A stretch of DNA of 64,000 nucleotides, from NCBI RefSeq assembly GCF_027921745.1, contig NC_079238.1:372001-436000 (forward strand). Direction: 5' to 3'. The notes below the pieces were generated by a model that did not search any database, was not told the DNA's origin, and was given only the letters and a program-made list of their open reading frames with translations. Source of the DNA: Schizosaccharomyces osmophilus (Eukaryota). The translations under genes were made by a program, and so were the position numbers. Of this stretch, positions 47,361 through 59,701 are shown in pieces (the stretch's first letter is position 1; the number at the start of each line of letters is the position of its first letter).

Positions 47361-50300
47361 TTATATCAACCCACTTTCTTTTGCCAACGAATAGAAATAT
47401 GAATCTTTCTTTTCTAGCAGCTCCTTCGTAGGACCAAACTCGACTACTTTACCGTGATCCAATACAAGAATCCGATCCGAATCCATCACAGTGTTTATGC
47501 GATGAGCAATGGTCAAAATTGTACGATCATTAAATTTGTCTCGAATCGTACGTTGAACAATCGCATCCGTCTCAACATCTACGGCGGCGGTCGCTTCATC
47601 TAGTAACAAGACACGTGTTGGCGTCAGTAACGCACGAGTCAAACACATCAATTGACGTTGACCAGATGAAAGGTTTGCACCTCCTTCTGTAATTGTAGCG
47701 TTCAACCCATTTTCTAAACTTGTCACATATCCCTTCAACGACGCCGATTCTAAGGCTTCCCAAATTTCGGCATCACTGTGCAAAAACTTGGGGTCTAGGT
47801 TCTCTCGAAGGGTACCCTCAAATGCTTGGTTTTCCTGGGGAATAATGGCTAATCTGGATCTCAGATCCTCCAAGCCGATTGTAGATGTATTCACATCATC
47901 CAAAATAATTTTTCCTGTCGTGGGCTCAACCATCCGGAAAAGAGCCAATGTCAATGTGGACTTACCGGCTCCTGTCCGTCCGACGATTCCAATTTTTTCG
48001 CGTGGTTTCACATCAACGTTGATATCGTCCAACACCAATGGCAAGTTGGGACGGTAACGAACACTATAGTGATCGAATTTGACAGCTCCTTGATAAGGCC
48101 ATTCATCAGAAGGACGATGATCAGGTATGATGGCTGGTGCCTCGCTCTCAAGTGCAATATACTCTAACATTCTTTCAACAGACACAATATTGGTCTCAAC
48201 GTCAACAGATTGACGAACAACAAACGTCAAGCTTTGAGTGATTAACACAGCGTAAGACAACGAAAGACCAACAAGACCGGAATTCGGGTTTCCTCGAATA
48301 GCCGAAAGAATACCCAAAAATGCAGCACTAAAAACAACAGTTGCTCCGATTACCTCAACTCGAATACCTTGCCAACGATTGGAACAGAAATATAAGAACC
48401 AGAATCGATGGTTTGTATCAATTCGGATGTCATTCTCGGATACAAACGTATCCATCATGTTATATGCACGAATCGTAGAAAGACCACCCAAAGATTCCTG
48501 GAAGTGTGCATACAAAGGACTACGCGTAACGCTATCCAATCTCTTGAGCTCTCTGGATGTACGAGTGTAGTACACCTGGCTGTAACGATACAAAAAGAAC
48601 AGAGGAATGATCAAAATTAAAAACGGAGGAGCAGAATAACAAATGACAGCCACCACAAAAATAACCTGGAAAAGGTTACGGAAAAAAGACATAAGTACTC
48701 TAGAAATTACCTCGTCCACGCGAAATACATCACTTGAAAATCGATTCAAAATTCGGCCAGTTGGTGTAGTTTCAAAGAAGCTCATAGGAGCACGTAAAAC
48801 AGAGCGTATCATGGCATCGTGAAGTGCTTTACAAGCACGTAGGGCGCAATGAACTGTAATTACCAAACTACTATAGGAAACCAAGCCACAAGACAATAAA
48901 CCGAAGAGCACATATATAAACAAATAGTAGTATGCCCTTGGATTGTAGCCAGCGCCGGTATTAACCTCACTCCAATGCTTAAGCCAAACATTAGTTCCAA
49001 CGTTCATACCGATACCACCGATGATGCAAATGAAATACAAAGCAATAAGCCAAAAAGAACAGGCTTTTATATAAGTCCAGTATACTTGCCATTTCACCTG
49101 TCCTTTTTGAGATGTTTCAACGGTTTGCTTGGTAACTTTACCAAGATCATCATCAGTTAGCTTTTCACGAAGACGGCCACTCTTCTTCATTACTGCTCTA
49201 GGATAGTTACTAACCGTGCTTGAAGAGCGGCTCAGGCTATTCACATCAGTGGAATATCCGCTACCAGATGGCGCCAAAGAAAGGGAAGACTGGCTTTCAC
49301 TAAGGTTGGTGCTATCAGTCATACTATGATCCGAAAGCAGCTGGAAAAGTTGAGAGTCAGGGGAAGCAGACAGTTGAGCAAAACTACCAGATTCCACGAT
49401 TTTGCCACGGCATATCATATAAATTGCGGAAGCTTCTTTAAGAACAGTCAAAGAATTAGTAGCCAAGATTACACAACGAGATTTTAATAAACCATGAGAG
49501 CCAAAAAGATTACGAATTAATTCTTTGTTAACGTGCTGGTCTACGGCTGACAAAACATCGTCCAAAAGGTACATGTCTGCTCTCGAATAGACGGCACGAG
49601 CCAAAGAAATACGTGCCTTTTGTCCACCAGAAAGAGAAATACCTTTTTCACCGACTTCAGTCTGATCACCATCGGCAAGAATCTCAAAATCGCGCACTAA
49701 GCAACAGGCATAAATGGTTTTTTCGTAAAAGTCTGCATCAAATTCAAGTCCAAAAAGAATGTTTTCCTGAATAGTCGCATTTAATATCCATGCTTGTTGC
49801 GCAGCATAAGCCACACTTCCACAGCGAAAAACAGAGCCGCTAAGCTTATACATATTTCCCAAGCAAGCTTCCAATAAAGATGACTTCCCCATTCCGACAC
49901 GGCCAACAATACAGGTCAATTCACCTTTTCTCGCTTGCAAGTTGATATTCTGGAGAACTGTTTCGACTTTTCTACCATCGCGTTCTTCCCAAGAGAAAGA
50001 AGCATCTCTAATCTCCAAAGCGATACTTCCGGGTTCTTCAACAGCAGGATAGACCTGAACAGCATCAGGATCTAGTTCGGAAGACACCAAGAAACTGAAA
50101 ATACGGAAAACTGCAACAGAAGCCTCCAAGATAGAACTAACGATAACCGGCAGCATAGTCAAAGGGAATTGTAAGAGGTTGAAGAGTGTCAAAGCAGAAA
50201 AAACCACATCAACAGTCAAAGTTCGAGATTCTCCGTAAAGAATAACAAACGTTGCGAAAGTAGCAGAAGAAACGAGATTGGGAGCAAAAAGCCAAGTAAA

Positions 50301-51794
50301 GTTACCTATCGTATTAATGTAGCCAATCTTCTTGAGCATACGAATCTCCTTTCTATTACGTAAATTGAAAAGCTTTTGCATGAAAATATTTTCCCAAGCA
50401 TAAAGCTTGATACTACGAATATTATTGATGATTTCAGTCATCAATCTAGAACGAGAATCCTTGTTGTGCATTTGAATGTTTTGAAACCGCTTGAAAATGT
50501 TAGCGATAAAAACATTACAAGGCAGTAAAAGAACTGTTACAGCAACGCCAGACAGAGCACTAAGACCAAGTAAACGATACAAGCTTCCTAAAGCCAGAAT
50601 AATCTGAAAAGGTCCCGAAATAGTAATAAATAAAAACATAGTAAGATCACTAACTTTTTGAGTGTCCACTGACATGTAGTTAACGATGTCACCAACGGAT
50701 CGGCTCTGGCGAGCAGCACTAGAAAGACGAAGAGCTTTGCGATAAATGGAAGTAATCAATTCAGATCTCCAACGCATGCCAAGAACCATAGTCATTTGCA
50801 AATATTGCTGAAGCAATACTGTTTGAAAAAGGGATGTAAAGAACATGCCCATGGCAAGTAGGAGACCTTCGGCGACAGGTTGTGGATGCGAAGTTTTATA
50901 CGAACTGACAAACAAGATAATCCTTTGAATTAAATTAGGTTGAACAAAAGCCAAAGTATCTTGAACAAACTTTAAGCAAACGAGTTTAGCAATTAATTTC
51001 CAGTGAGTTAAAAACAGGACCTTCCATAGAACTAAGGATCGCTTTTTCTTACTTATATAGTACGTCCAATTGGACTCAAAATCCGATACCAAATCTTCAG
51101 ACCGTTCGCCATGGGGAAGCGACCAAACATTTGACTCGGAGAGATAATTGCGATAGCCAAATTTCATGAGAGGACTTAGCCAAGAAAAAAATAGCTTTGA
51201 GAAGATGTTGGCATAAGTAAGCTCAGATGGTGCCAATCCGGTTTCCTCAAGCTCGTGCGCATCCTCAGGATACCAAACACGATTCGAAGGAGGCACGTAT
51301 ATTTCCACAAGCAAAGCAAACAACGAAAGAACAAAAGTCGTTACTGCCAAAAACGTGGAAATAGAAGAGAAACTAAAATTGATCTTCAACAAAAGGACAG
51401 TAAGAGAAGAAATGCATTTAAAAGCATAAAACAGTAAAAGCGAAGCCATGGGAACTCGCAAGGTCGTTTGTTCTGTAAGATGTAAAAAGAGAGCAAACAG
51501 AAAAGTAGTAATGGAATGGGCATTCCAAGAATAATGTTTTGTTTTAGCAGCATCATACAAATGGCACCAAATAAGTGCCATAATAAGAGCTACTTTAAGC
51601 CGGATAGTCCAAAAGCGATTAAAGCGAACATTGAGTGCCCTCTTACGAACATCTATAGTATATTGAATACATCCGCATAGAATCAAAAATATATTAGGAG
51701 CATTCCAAAGCAACATCAACAAGATATATCCCTTGTCATTTTGGATAATCGACTTCTCTGACAGGAGTGGACTTAAGTCTGCTTTTGGTCTCAT
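47361..51794 (-). CDS. abc2: Vacuolar ABCC/MRP (Ycf1-like) glutathione-conjugate transporter Abc2
   Basis: TMD0 plus two TMD-NBD halves. Walker A GRVGMGKSS and GRTGAGKST, signatures LSGGQKARISLARA and LSSGQRQL, Walker B LLDEATAAVD. First ATG at 51794. Confidence 0.9.
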   Translation of the reverse strand: MRPKADLSPLLSEKSIIQNDKGYILLMLLWNAPNIFLILCGCIQYTIDVRKRALNVRFNRFWTIRLKVALIMALIWCHLYDAAKTKHYSWNAHSITTFLFALFLHLTEQTTLRVPMASLLLFYAFKCISSLTVLLLKINFSFSSISTFLAVTTFVLSLFALLVEIYVPPSNRVWYPEDAHELEETGLAPSELTYANIFSKLFFSWLSPLMKFGYRNYLSESNVWSLPHGERSEDLVSDFESNWTYYISKKKRSLVLWKVLFLTHWKLIAKLVCLKFVQDTLAFVQPNLIQRIILFVSSYKTSHPQPVAEGLLLAMGMFFTSLFQTVLLQQYLQMTMVLGMRWRSELITSIYRKALRLSSAARQSRSVGDIVNYMSVDTQKVSDLTMFLFITISGPFQIILALGSLYRLLGLSALSGVAVTVLLLPCNVFIANIFKRFQNIQMHNKDSRSRLMTEIINNIRSIKLYAWENIFMQKLFNLRNRKEIRMLKKIGYINTIGNFTWLFAPNLVSSATFATFVILYGESRTLTVDVVFSALTLFNLLQFPLTMLPVIVSSILEASVAVFRIFSFLVSSELDPDAVQVYPAVEEPGSIALEIRDASFSWEERDGRKVETVLQNINLQARKGELTCIVGRVGMGKSSLLEACLGNMYKLSGSVFRCGSVAYAAQQAWILNATIQENILFGLEFDADFYEKTIYACCLVRDFEILADGDQTEVGEKGISLSGGQKARISLARAVYSRADMYLLDDVLSAVDQHVNKELIRNLFGSHGLLKSRCVILATNSLTVLKEASAIYMICRGKIVESGSFAQLSASPDSQLFQLLSDHSMTDSTNLSESQSSLSLAPSGSGYSTDVNSLSRSSSTVSNYPRAVMKKSGRLREKLTDDDLGKVTKQTVETSQKGQVKWQVYWTYIKACSFWLIALYFICIIGGIGMNVGTNVWLKHWSEVNTGAGYNPRAYYYLFIYVLFGLLSCGLVSYSSLVITVHCALRACKALHDAMIRSVLRAPMSFFETTPTGRILNRFSSDVFRVDEVISRVLMSFFRNLFQVIFVVAVICYSAPPFLILIIPLFFLYRYSQVYYTRTSRELKRLDSVTRSPLYAHFQESLGGLSTIRAYNMMDTFVSENDIRIDTNHRFWFLYFCSNRWQGIRVEVIGATVVFSAAFLGILSAIRGNPNSGLVGLSLSYAVLITQSLTFVVRQSVDVETNIVSVERMLEYIALESEAPAIIPDHRPSDEWPYQGAVKFDHYSVRYRPNLPLVLDDINVDVKPREKIGIVGRTGAGKSTLTLALFRMVEPTTGKIILDDVNTSTIGLEDLRSRLAIIPQENQAFEGTLRENLDPKFLHSDAEIWEALESASLKGYVTSLENGLNATITEGGANLSSGQRQLMCLTRALLTPTRVLLLDEATAAVDVETDAIVQRTIRDKFNDRTILTIAHRINTVMDSDRILVLDHGKVVEFGPTKELLEKKDSYFYSLAKESGLI

Positions 51795-52238
51795 TTTTAC
51801 CAAACCTTTTCAAGTCTGGCTGGTATAAAATAAAAGCAGTTCGTCGACAATCTCCTTAGAAAAAAGGATTTGCTGCAAATCTGTTTGGTTAAGGCGGCGT
51901 TCAATTCAAGCACATCAAACCTTTCTTCAACTATGAATTGAAGTAGCAATGTTTTTTTGCTTTATCTGATGACCCCCACAGAGCACCAAACTACTAGGTT
52001 TGTTACTTTCTTGTCCTTTTTTCTCTGTTACTTCTTTCTCAACGGTAAATAACCCAAGATCGTAAGTAAGGACCATGAGAAGAATGAATGAAAATTTTGG
52101 CCCTTTCCCTTTTTTCCATGAGAGATGCCTCTGATGGTGATGTAGGCACAACTATAAAGGTACGACAAGCAAATATTGATTTTCAAATTTTGAAATGCGA
52201 CCGCTCTTATTTCATTACCACATTTCATCTGACAGATA

Positions 52239-52310
52239 GCTCTTGTAGCTCAGTGGTAGAGCGCTTGCCTAGTAAGCAAGAGGCCCAGTGTTCGAGTCAC
52301 TGCTGGAGCA
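52239..52310 (+). tRNA. tRNA-Thr(AGT)
   Basis: Acceptor GCTCTTG/TGGAGC region, D-arm TAGCTCAGTGGTAGAGC, anticodon arm CTTGC-CTAGTAA-GCAAG, T-loop GTTCGAGTC. Confidence 0.95.
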
Positions 52311-54700
52311 ATCGTCTTTCCTACTCCTTTATGCAGGAGTTCCAAACTTTTTTGTAGTTCTTGTTACTGAAACAATACCGCTCCATTTCCTCGAAGCCGA
52401 ACATAGAACTGGTTGTTGTGGATTGTATTATCGAGGATGAAATTTGTATCATGAAATCGAATTTTGAAAGAAGTAAGCTTCGCATTACGCCTACTTAATG
52501 GATTGCTTTGTGGAAAAGGAATGGAAAGTATGGTCTTTATACGTTCCTCTTTGGCTTCAAGAACCCCCTGACAGTTATTTGTACCGTTTCAATCAAGAAA
52601 AGATACCGGCCATGTGACACCAGTTCATCAAAGACAGCGCAAGCGCGTTTGTTGTATGGTTTATTCTATATATATTACTTGCTGAACACAAGAGCAATTG
52701 GGACTCGATCAGAAAAACTGTACGGTCGATACGGGAGGTCAAAGTGGTTGTTGGCTGAAGAACATTGGATGTCCTGTAAGAAAACCTTAAGTTCTGTAAG
52801 TTTACATGTTCTTTTACCTCCTTGTCATGGTAAGAATGTGACTTCAGTGTCAAACTGGAAGCATATATACACGTTTAGAATCTTTGGCATACCATCAAAA
52901 TTCGGTTCAACATAAATTTTATGTATAGATATACTTGTCTCTTGTTTTTCTTTCTACTTCCGTTGTAATGAGCCTTTGCCTACTGGTGATCATTGCTCTG
53001 CTACCTATTCAAAGAAGCAAGCGAATATCTGGATTTTCCTTCCATCTCTATCTCAACACGATTGGCACTTGTTGAGCAGTTCCATTCTCTCCCAAGATGG
53101 CTTCTTTTCAAGCAAGTATGAGAAGAATGTCTACATACGCTAAGGAGGAGATAAACTTATCTCTCTCTCTTTTGAATCAGATACAAGCTATATCAATACC
53201 AGGTCTATTCACAAAGCCAATGAGTCGAAAGCTTTGTACGAAGAAACTTCCCTATTAAGATACTCTGGCAGCAATTGCCCAAAATCATACCTAGTTTTGC
53301 CAAAACAATTGGGGTATTCTGCATTTCTCGAAAGCAGTGCATTTATTCTCTACATAAAAATAAAGTTTGCTTGCTATACCTAAACATTGTCTTACTAGGG
53401 CTGGTATCGTTTGACGCTACCACAAACTATTCGTGAAAGATACAATCTTGTGAGCTAGCATGTCAATTGGTTCAAATTGACTGACAATAACTTGGCCTGA
53501 GAGTACATTTCTTTTTCCCTTCTGGAATTTTATTTCAATACTTGGTCATCTCCTATATTTCAATTTCATCTGCTGAGCTATCGACGTGAAAACTCTTTGT
53601 GTATTCATGTTTTTCCTTTTTTGTTGCTCTCGATAAAAAATTGATCCCTTTCTTCATTGAAATAGACTTTTCTAGTTTATTGTATGCATGAATCTAAAAA
53701 AAAAAATCCCATTTGTCGGTATAGCAAAAACGATAACGATATCTGGATTTGCATATCTTTCTACGTGGCTGTCATTTGCAGCAACGTAAAACTCAAAAAT
53801 ATTCTCTTCTCTACTTGTTATGTGTCAATCTTGAAAATAAACATGAACCACATAGTCATTCTCTTCGACAGATGTCCGTTTAGAATGATTACTTCGGATA
53901 GGCAAGCTCTCCTGAGAAACAGCTAATCCTACAATGGAACACAGCTCATCAGGTATACATTTTGTATCCGCAAAGAAAGAATATTGCAAAGTTGGAGGAA
54001 GCTTTGATTCACAAGCTTACATGCAATAAAAATCAATCCTACAATGTGCTAGTCAAATTCAAGTTTATTGTACAATTCCTGCAAATAAAACCGTTTCATT
54101 CCTAATTTCTACTCTCAGTTATCAAGATTCTGTTTGTATGTTCTCAAAATATAATGCTACCGTATATGACCTCAGTACCTGATCTTTCGCCATTACCAAA
54201 ACCATTCTTTCTCGACAAGGATCCTGAAAATAGTGGTGAATTTGCAACTTTTTCTCAAAAATTTATCTTTTATTTGTTACTACAATATAGGTATCTGTCC
54301 GCTACGTCTATACTTAGTCGATTAAAACAGCATTCATAAGAACTTGGATCCAGAGGATCTACGTGGTACGCCGTGGTGAATAAAGTTATAGGTAAGTATT
54401 TGAAACTCTTTTATAAAGAATTTAGTCTGAAGCAAGGGTATTTTGACTCATATCGGGTTCGACGCGAACGCCTGTTTTACTGTGGCCTTCGTATATCGTA
54501 CAAATTACGCGCTTCTTGTTTAACTAATTTCCCTTGCTTTCTTATCGCAATTTTTATAAAAAACCTTCCCTAACAATAACTTAGACGTAATTTAGAACTA
54601 ACTCTGTTGGATCTCGTTTTCCAAGTTATTCTCGCCTGAATAGGCTTCTTCTTTTTGTTTATAAATCCTCTCATTTTTATCCTTCTTATAACTTGCTCTA

Positions 54701-56563
54701 ATGGATTTGAACGCAAAAATAGAAACATTGAAATCTATGGGCATCCCAGAACCTGATGCTAGAGAAGCACTAGCAAGGTGCAACAATGACGTTGAAGGAG
54801 CAGCCGAATATATTTTTGGTGGCCATTTAGAAAAGAATCGCCTTGTTCCTGTTGCCTCTAATGTCTCTCTAGAGTCCTCTCTTCCCAGCTATAATGATTC
54901 ATTCTTTCTTCCTTCTCCTCAAAAGCGTAAGAGGCTTATCGAAAGCGTTGGATCAGTTTTAAAACCAAGCCCTTTGTTCCCTTCTATCGCTCCTTTTCTG
55001 GTAGCTTTAAACGGGATTCCGCTGGCCAAAAATGTGCTTATTCAATCTCTTAATGAGAGCGGATCTCTCGTTGATTCAGAACCCTATCTAACAGCCTCAC
55101 ATCCTCAGGATCAGCTGCATCCCTCTTCTTCGTCTATATCTCGTTTTAGTCAACAATCCTACCACCGCTTTGGTTCTCCTGCTTGGTGGTTTGGTGAAGA
55201 ACCATGTGTCCCTCCTTCAAAAGACGTCCGCTCGATACTACATTTGCAGACTGCTAGAGCTTTGGAATTTCTTAGTTCGTCGCATCGTTTGTATCTTGAT
55301 TCCACTCACATAACCTCTGCTTTTTCTCAATTGTTGTCTGAAGCGGGACTTCGTAATCAGTCTTTGTCTGATTGCGACGTGCTCACCTCCTTCTTGTCAA
55401 ATTTCTTTAGCCATCCGAATCGAAGATATGAAGAAACCTTTGCATCCACTTTGATAAAGGGTAATAATGAGGAAAGGAGCAGTCACTTGTTTTCATTTAA
55501 GCCGAGTTCATCTCCTGATCTTCGACTGAGTATAGAGTCATGTTTGGATCTTCGGTTACACCCTCCTTCCATACCTACGAAGGATTGGGCATGGCTAAGC
55601 AGGCCTGCCAAAGTGTTTTGCTGCTCTGTTCCTGGAAACCGAACATCCGGTGTTCCTCGAATTCTACTGACGACGAAAATTAATTTAAGTAAATGCATAT
55701 ATGAAAATAAGCAAGCAGTGCTGCACCGATATCAACTTGAAACAGACTACAAGACAATATTGAAGGAATGGGAAGATTTATTTAATACGCTTACTGGGAG
55801 AAAAATTTTAAACTGTGACATTACAGAACTGTTGAATGACGGTTATATCCTTTTGAAAGATAGAAACTTGGCATTAGCGAGTCATTTGGACGTGATTAAG
55901 GAGACGACCAAGAATAAATTGAATACTTTGGTCGAAAATACGAACGCAGTACATCACAAACTCGCTTCATTATATAATGATTTAAAGAATTCATGTGTTC
56001 GACGCTTGAGAGCAGTAATCCTGGAACCTTCAATATTATATATTTGTTTAGACCAGCATAGTACAAGGGAGAATAATGATCTGCGTCAACTAAGTCCTAC
56101 CATGGATTCTCGCCAATGGTATTTAGTGAATTTTACATCTGCTGCCGTTATAACTGATGAGGTTTTACCATGTGCTGTAAAACCTGTAACATTTGACGAA
56201 GTTGTACTCAATTTTGAGAATCATGTCTCTTATCACTCTCGATTTTTGATTTATGTTGCTGATGAGCCACCAACAGATTCCCATGTTCCGTCGATACCAA
56301 ATACGATTAAGCACTTTATTCAAGAAGACAATGAATACTTCGATGATGAGCTTTCGGGACGTGCTTTTTGTGATAGTGCTAGCACCCGAAGCTCTAGAAG
56401 CAATGATAGTGGAGACGATACATCCGACTTTGATCCTGATGATCATGGATTACAGTTACGTATTCCTCGTATTAATACAAATGTACGAGGACATCAATCA
56501 AGAAACAGCGCTTGCGAGTTCCCTGAAAGTATGCATGTGGAGCATAGTAAAGAAGAGTTATGA
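54701..56563 (+). CDS. ucp6: UBA-domain protein Ucp6 (Rup1-like)
   Basis: N-terminal UBA domain IETLKSMGIPEPDAREALARCNNDVEGAAEYIF and C-terminal FIQEDNEYF. Lies between abc2 and spo12. Confidence 0.75.
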   Translation: MDLNAKIETLKSMGIPEPDAREALARCNNDVEGAAEYIFGGHLEKNRLVPVASNVSLESSLPSYNDSFFLPSPQKRKRLIESVGSVLKPSPLFPSIAPFLVALNGIPLAKNVLIQSLNESGSLVDSEPYLTASHPQDQLHPSSSSISRFSQQSYHRFGSPAWWFGEEPCVPPSKDVRSILHLQTARALEFLSSSHRLYLDSTHITSAFSQLLSEAGLRNQSLSDCDVLTSFLSNFFSHPNRRYEETFASTLIKGNNEERSSHLFSFKPSSSPDLRLSIESCLDLRLHPPSIPTKDWAWLSRPAKVFCCSVPGNRTSGVPRILLTTKINLSKCIYENKQAVLHRYQLETDYKTILKEWEDLFNTLTGRKILNCDITELLNDGYILLKDRNLALASHLDVIKETTKNKLNTLVENTNAVHHKLASLYNDLKNSCVRRLRAVILEPSILYICLDQHSTRENNDLRQLSPTMDSRQWYLVNFTSAAVITDEVLPCAVKPVTFDEVVLNFENHVSYHSRFLIYVADEPPTDSHVPSIPNTIKHFIQEDNEYFDDELSGRAFCDSASTRSSRSNDSGDDTSDFDPDDHGLQLRIPRINTNVRGHQSRNSACEFPESMHVEHSKEEL

Positions 56564-57060
56564 GTTTGTTGATTTAATATTTATGTTTGTTTTCATGTTG
56601 ACTTTTCGAGAAAGTGGGAGTATATTATATGACATTTTCATGGCAACTGCGACACCTTGACAAGATGTCTTTTAGAGAAATGATGGATTTACGAATTGTT
56701 TTGATGACGAGAAGGACGAAAAAGAAAGCGAAATATCGATTATAATTGTAAAAGAAACATAAAGATGTATTTCAATACAAATATGCGTCTAGCATATGAA
56801 GAAGGAAATTACAGAGGTTTGAAGTCATATAATTCAATGCACTACAGTAGTTTGAATAAATAAGAGTACGAGTCTCCGGAAGGCAAGCAAAAACGGTAAA
56901 GTACTGATGAATTTGGTACTATACATATAGGCGGTGGACGAAAAATGAGGATTGTCAAAAAGAAGTCCTAAATAAATATCATAAGTTATGAGAGCAATCG
57001 CAGACCCGACATTATCGTCGAACAATCATAATGTCTAATAAGAGCATGAAGATATGGAAG

Positions 57061-57327
57061 TTATACGTTATCCCTGGCGTCTAATAGTGTCTGCATCAAA
57101 GACGTCAAAACAGGTTTGCTTTTTTTGTAGTACTTTTGTCTATGAGCCTGCAGCTTTGCCGTGCAGGGACTCATAAGACTGTCGGTAGGACTGGAAACTG
57201 CCTTGTTCTTTTCCGGAAGAAATCGAGGTTCTAGTATTTGTTTACGCAGACTTTTACTCCCCTGATGAAGTGGTAGTACCGAGATTTCAGGCAATTCTTT
57301 CTTTGGCATATGTTCAGCGTAAGCCAT
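57061..57327 (-). CDS. spo12: Spo12-family mitotic-exit protein
   Basis: Spo12 motif SSPTDSLMSPCTAKLQAHRQKYYKKSKP. First ATG at 57327. Confidence 0.9.
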   Translation of the reverse strand: MAYAEHMPKKELPEISVLPLHQGSKSLRKQILEPRFLPEKNKAVSSPTDSLMSPCTAKLQAHRQKYYKKSKPVLTSLMQTLLDARDNV

Positions 57328-57450
57328 TTCGACAGCCTTTTCCGATTGACTTTTGTAGTTTATAAATGCACAAGATGGCACTTGCAGAGTTTTTATATTT
57401 ATTGTTTGTTTAAATGTTTTGGTATGGGTTACTGTGGCAACAGCAGAAAA

Positions 57451-57512
57451 GTAAACAAATACCCCGAATCAACAGAATGAACGCTTCCTTTTGCTTATGA
57501 TTTGTAAACAAA
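57451..57512. promoter_or_regulatory. Forkhead (FLEX-type, Fkh2/Sep1/Mei4) sites upstream of spo12
   Basis: GTAAACAAA at 57451-57459 and 57504-57512, within 200 bp of the ATG. spo12 is a known M/G1 forkhead-regulated gene. Confidence 0.6.
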
Positions 57513-57773
57513 ACTAACAACAATACATTCTCGTAGATGAAAGTGGAAAGGTACTAAGCATCTATAGTCATAGTAAGCTAAGAAAAGAGAATGAAATGGT
57601 GCCAAATTTCAGAGGAAATTTATTTTTTAATTAACATATTATATCTACATTATAAACAACATGCTCAGGAACACCATGTAGAACCTTGAAAGAATCCTTA
57701 TTTACCCAATAATATCATTAAACAGACATGCCAAAAAAAACCAAATAATTAAAAAGCTGAACCCTAACACTGA

Positions 57774-59701
57774 TTAAAAATCTTCTAGTACCCTACCACT
57801 GCGTTGCTTTGAACGCTTGTTTTTCTTGTTGTGCTTTTTGGAAGAAGCAGCCACAACAGCATCGGGAGATACGCCGACTTCCAAAGTACTAATTTGACGA
57901 GCTTTACGACGTGACAATGGCTTTCCTTGGACGTTCATTGGATATTTTGGAGTACCATCGTCATTCAAACGACGCTGAAAGGCCTGGGTAGTGTTTCTTC
58001 CTTTGTATTCAGGACCTTGAATGTTGGAAGCAGCAGTTCCACGCACAAATGAGCGAACATGAGGGTTTTCTGAAAAATATTCCTTGTCAATTTCCTCGCT
58101 TTCACGAAGAGCTAGCTTATCTTTAAGGGTTGCACTTTGAAGCTTTCGGCCAACGTCTTCATCAACTGAAGAAAGATAATTGAGATGATGTTCTTTATTG
58201 AATTGCATATCGGAGTCAGGATAGTTAGGTGGTGGGTGAACGTAAATCAATTTACCGTTCACGTAATCCTTAAGCAAAATTCTTGCTGCTCTTGAGTCAT
58301 CAGGAGTACCATGATGCGCTCTCATAAAACCACGGGCTCTGGCATATGGGAACAACACCTCTTCGGCTGAAGGTACACCGGATCCACCCTCTTCTTTGGG
58401 ACGGGTACGAATATTGATGGTATAAATGTTTTCAAGCACTTCTTTGGGAATTCTATTAGCCAACATGGCAGAAGGAGCAGTGTGCTCACGCATTTGGTCA
58501 ATAGGTAAAACACCATCCACAACCAACTCTGCTTGGGTAGTAGCAAAAGAAGGGAATACTAAACCGGGACAATCCAACAAAGTTACCTTGTCAGTCAAGT
58601 TGATAGTTTGAAAGTGCTTAGTCTTACCGGGTGTAGAAGAAACCGAGACAGTTTTATGGCCAACTAAAGCATTGATGGTGGACGATTTACCGACGTTGGG
58701 GTAGCCGACAAGTCCAAAAGTCAACTTGCCCTTGTCTTTTGCAAGGTTAGTTGCATAAGTTTCAAAAATTCCTAATAAATTGTCTAAAGTAGCGATGCGA
58801 TGATCCTCTGTATGAGTTTCAGCGGCCTTTAGACTTTCAGGGACATCATCAGTGGCTTCTTCAGCTTCGTCCATGATTGATTCAGCAGCTAGACGGGCAG
58901 AAAAAAAGAGATAGGATATATTGTGTTCATTAAAGTAAGCAGCCCAGTACTTTCTTTGTTCGGTAGTGAGCATATCAGCCTTGTTGACCAACAAAAAGTT
59001 CTTTTTCTTGGGGTCAACTTCTCGAACATAGTGTTCCAAATTTGCGGAACGGAAAAACAAAGGATTTCTGGCATCAACGATCTGAACAACCACATCGGAT
59101 CGTTCAATGACACGCCATAGTTGTCTCCAAATTTGAAGGTTACGTTCAAATGGAGTGATGACAAATCCTTCGACCTCTTGCAACTGAGCCAAACTACGTC
59201 GCCAATCCAAAAATGAATCTTTTTCCATTCTTTCAAGTTCTTCGGGTGTGGTTGATTCGTTCCAACGAGGACGGCGGGGAATTGTAAGACGATCTTTGTT
59301 TTTCTCTTGGCGTGTTCTTGAATTCTTGGCCTCTTCCGCAGTTGGCAAAAAGGGGTTTTGCTCGGGGTTTTGGATTACTCTGACATTTTGCTTTTCAGCC
59401 ACAAAATCCACTTCCCCTAATTCAGCAGTGTTCAAAAATTCTTCGAGGTTGCTTTCTTGAGTTACAGATTGCAAGAGTGGCTTTTTCGCTCTAGGGTCCA
59501 TTTCCGTAGTATGTTTCAAACCACCTTTTCTGTTCTTACGAGACTTTGCAAAGTCCGCTTGGATGGCTCTTCCTAGTCCATAGTTATTTTTTGATTTAGG
59601 CAACACCTAGCTCTGTTAGTTTTCTATTCAATTCCCACAGGACGATCAAATCCACTCAATGTTAGCCATTTTTCATCGTTTCCTTGCAATCTTCATACCA
59701 T
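57774..59701 (-). CDS. lsg1: 60S export GTPase Lsg1; coding exons 59701-59699 (ATG only) and 59606-57774
   Basis: TPFERNLQIWRQLWRVIERSD, VDARNPL, NKADML, GYPNVGKSSTIN, TPGKTKHFQT and DCPGLVFP (circularly permuted GTPase). Intron GTATGA...CTAAC...TAG. Confidence 0.92.
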
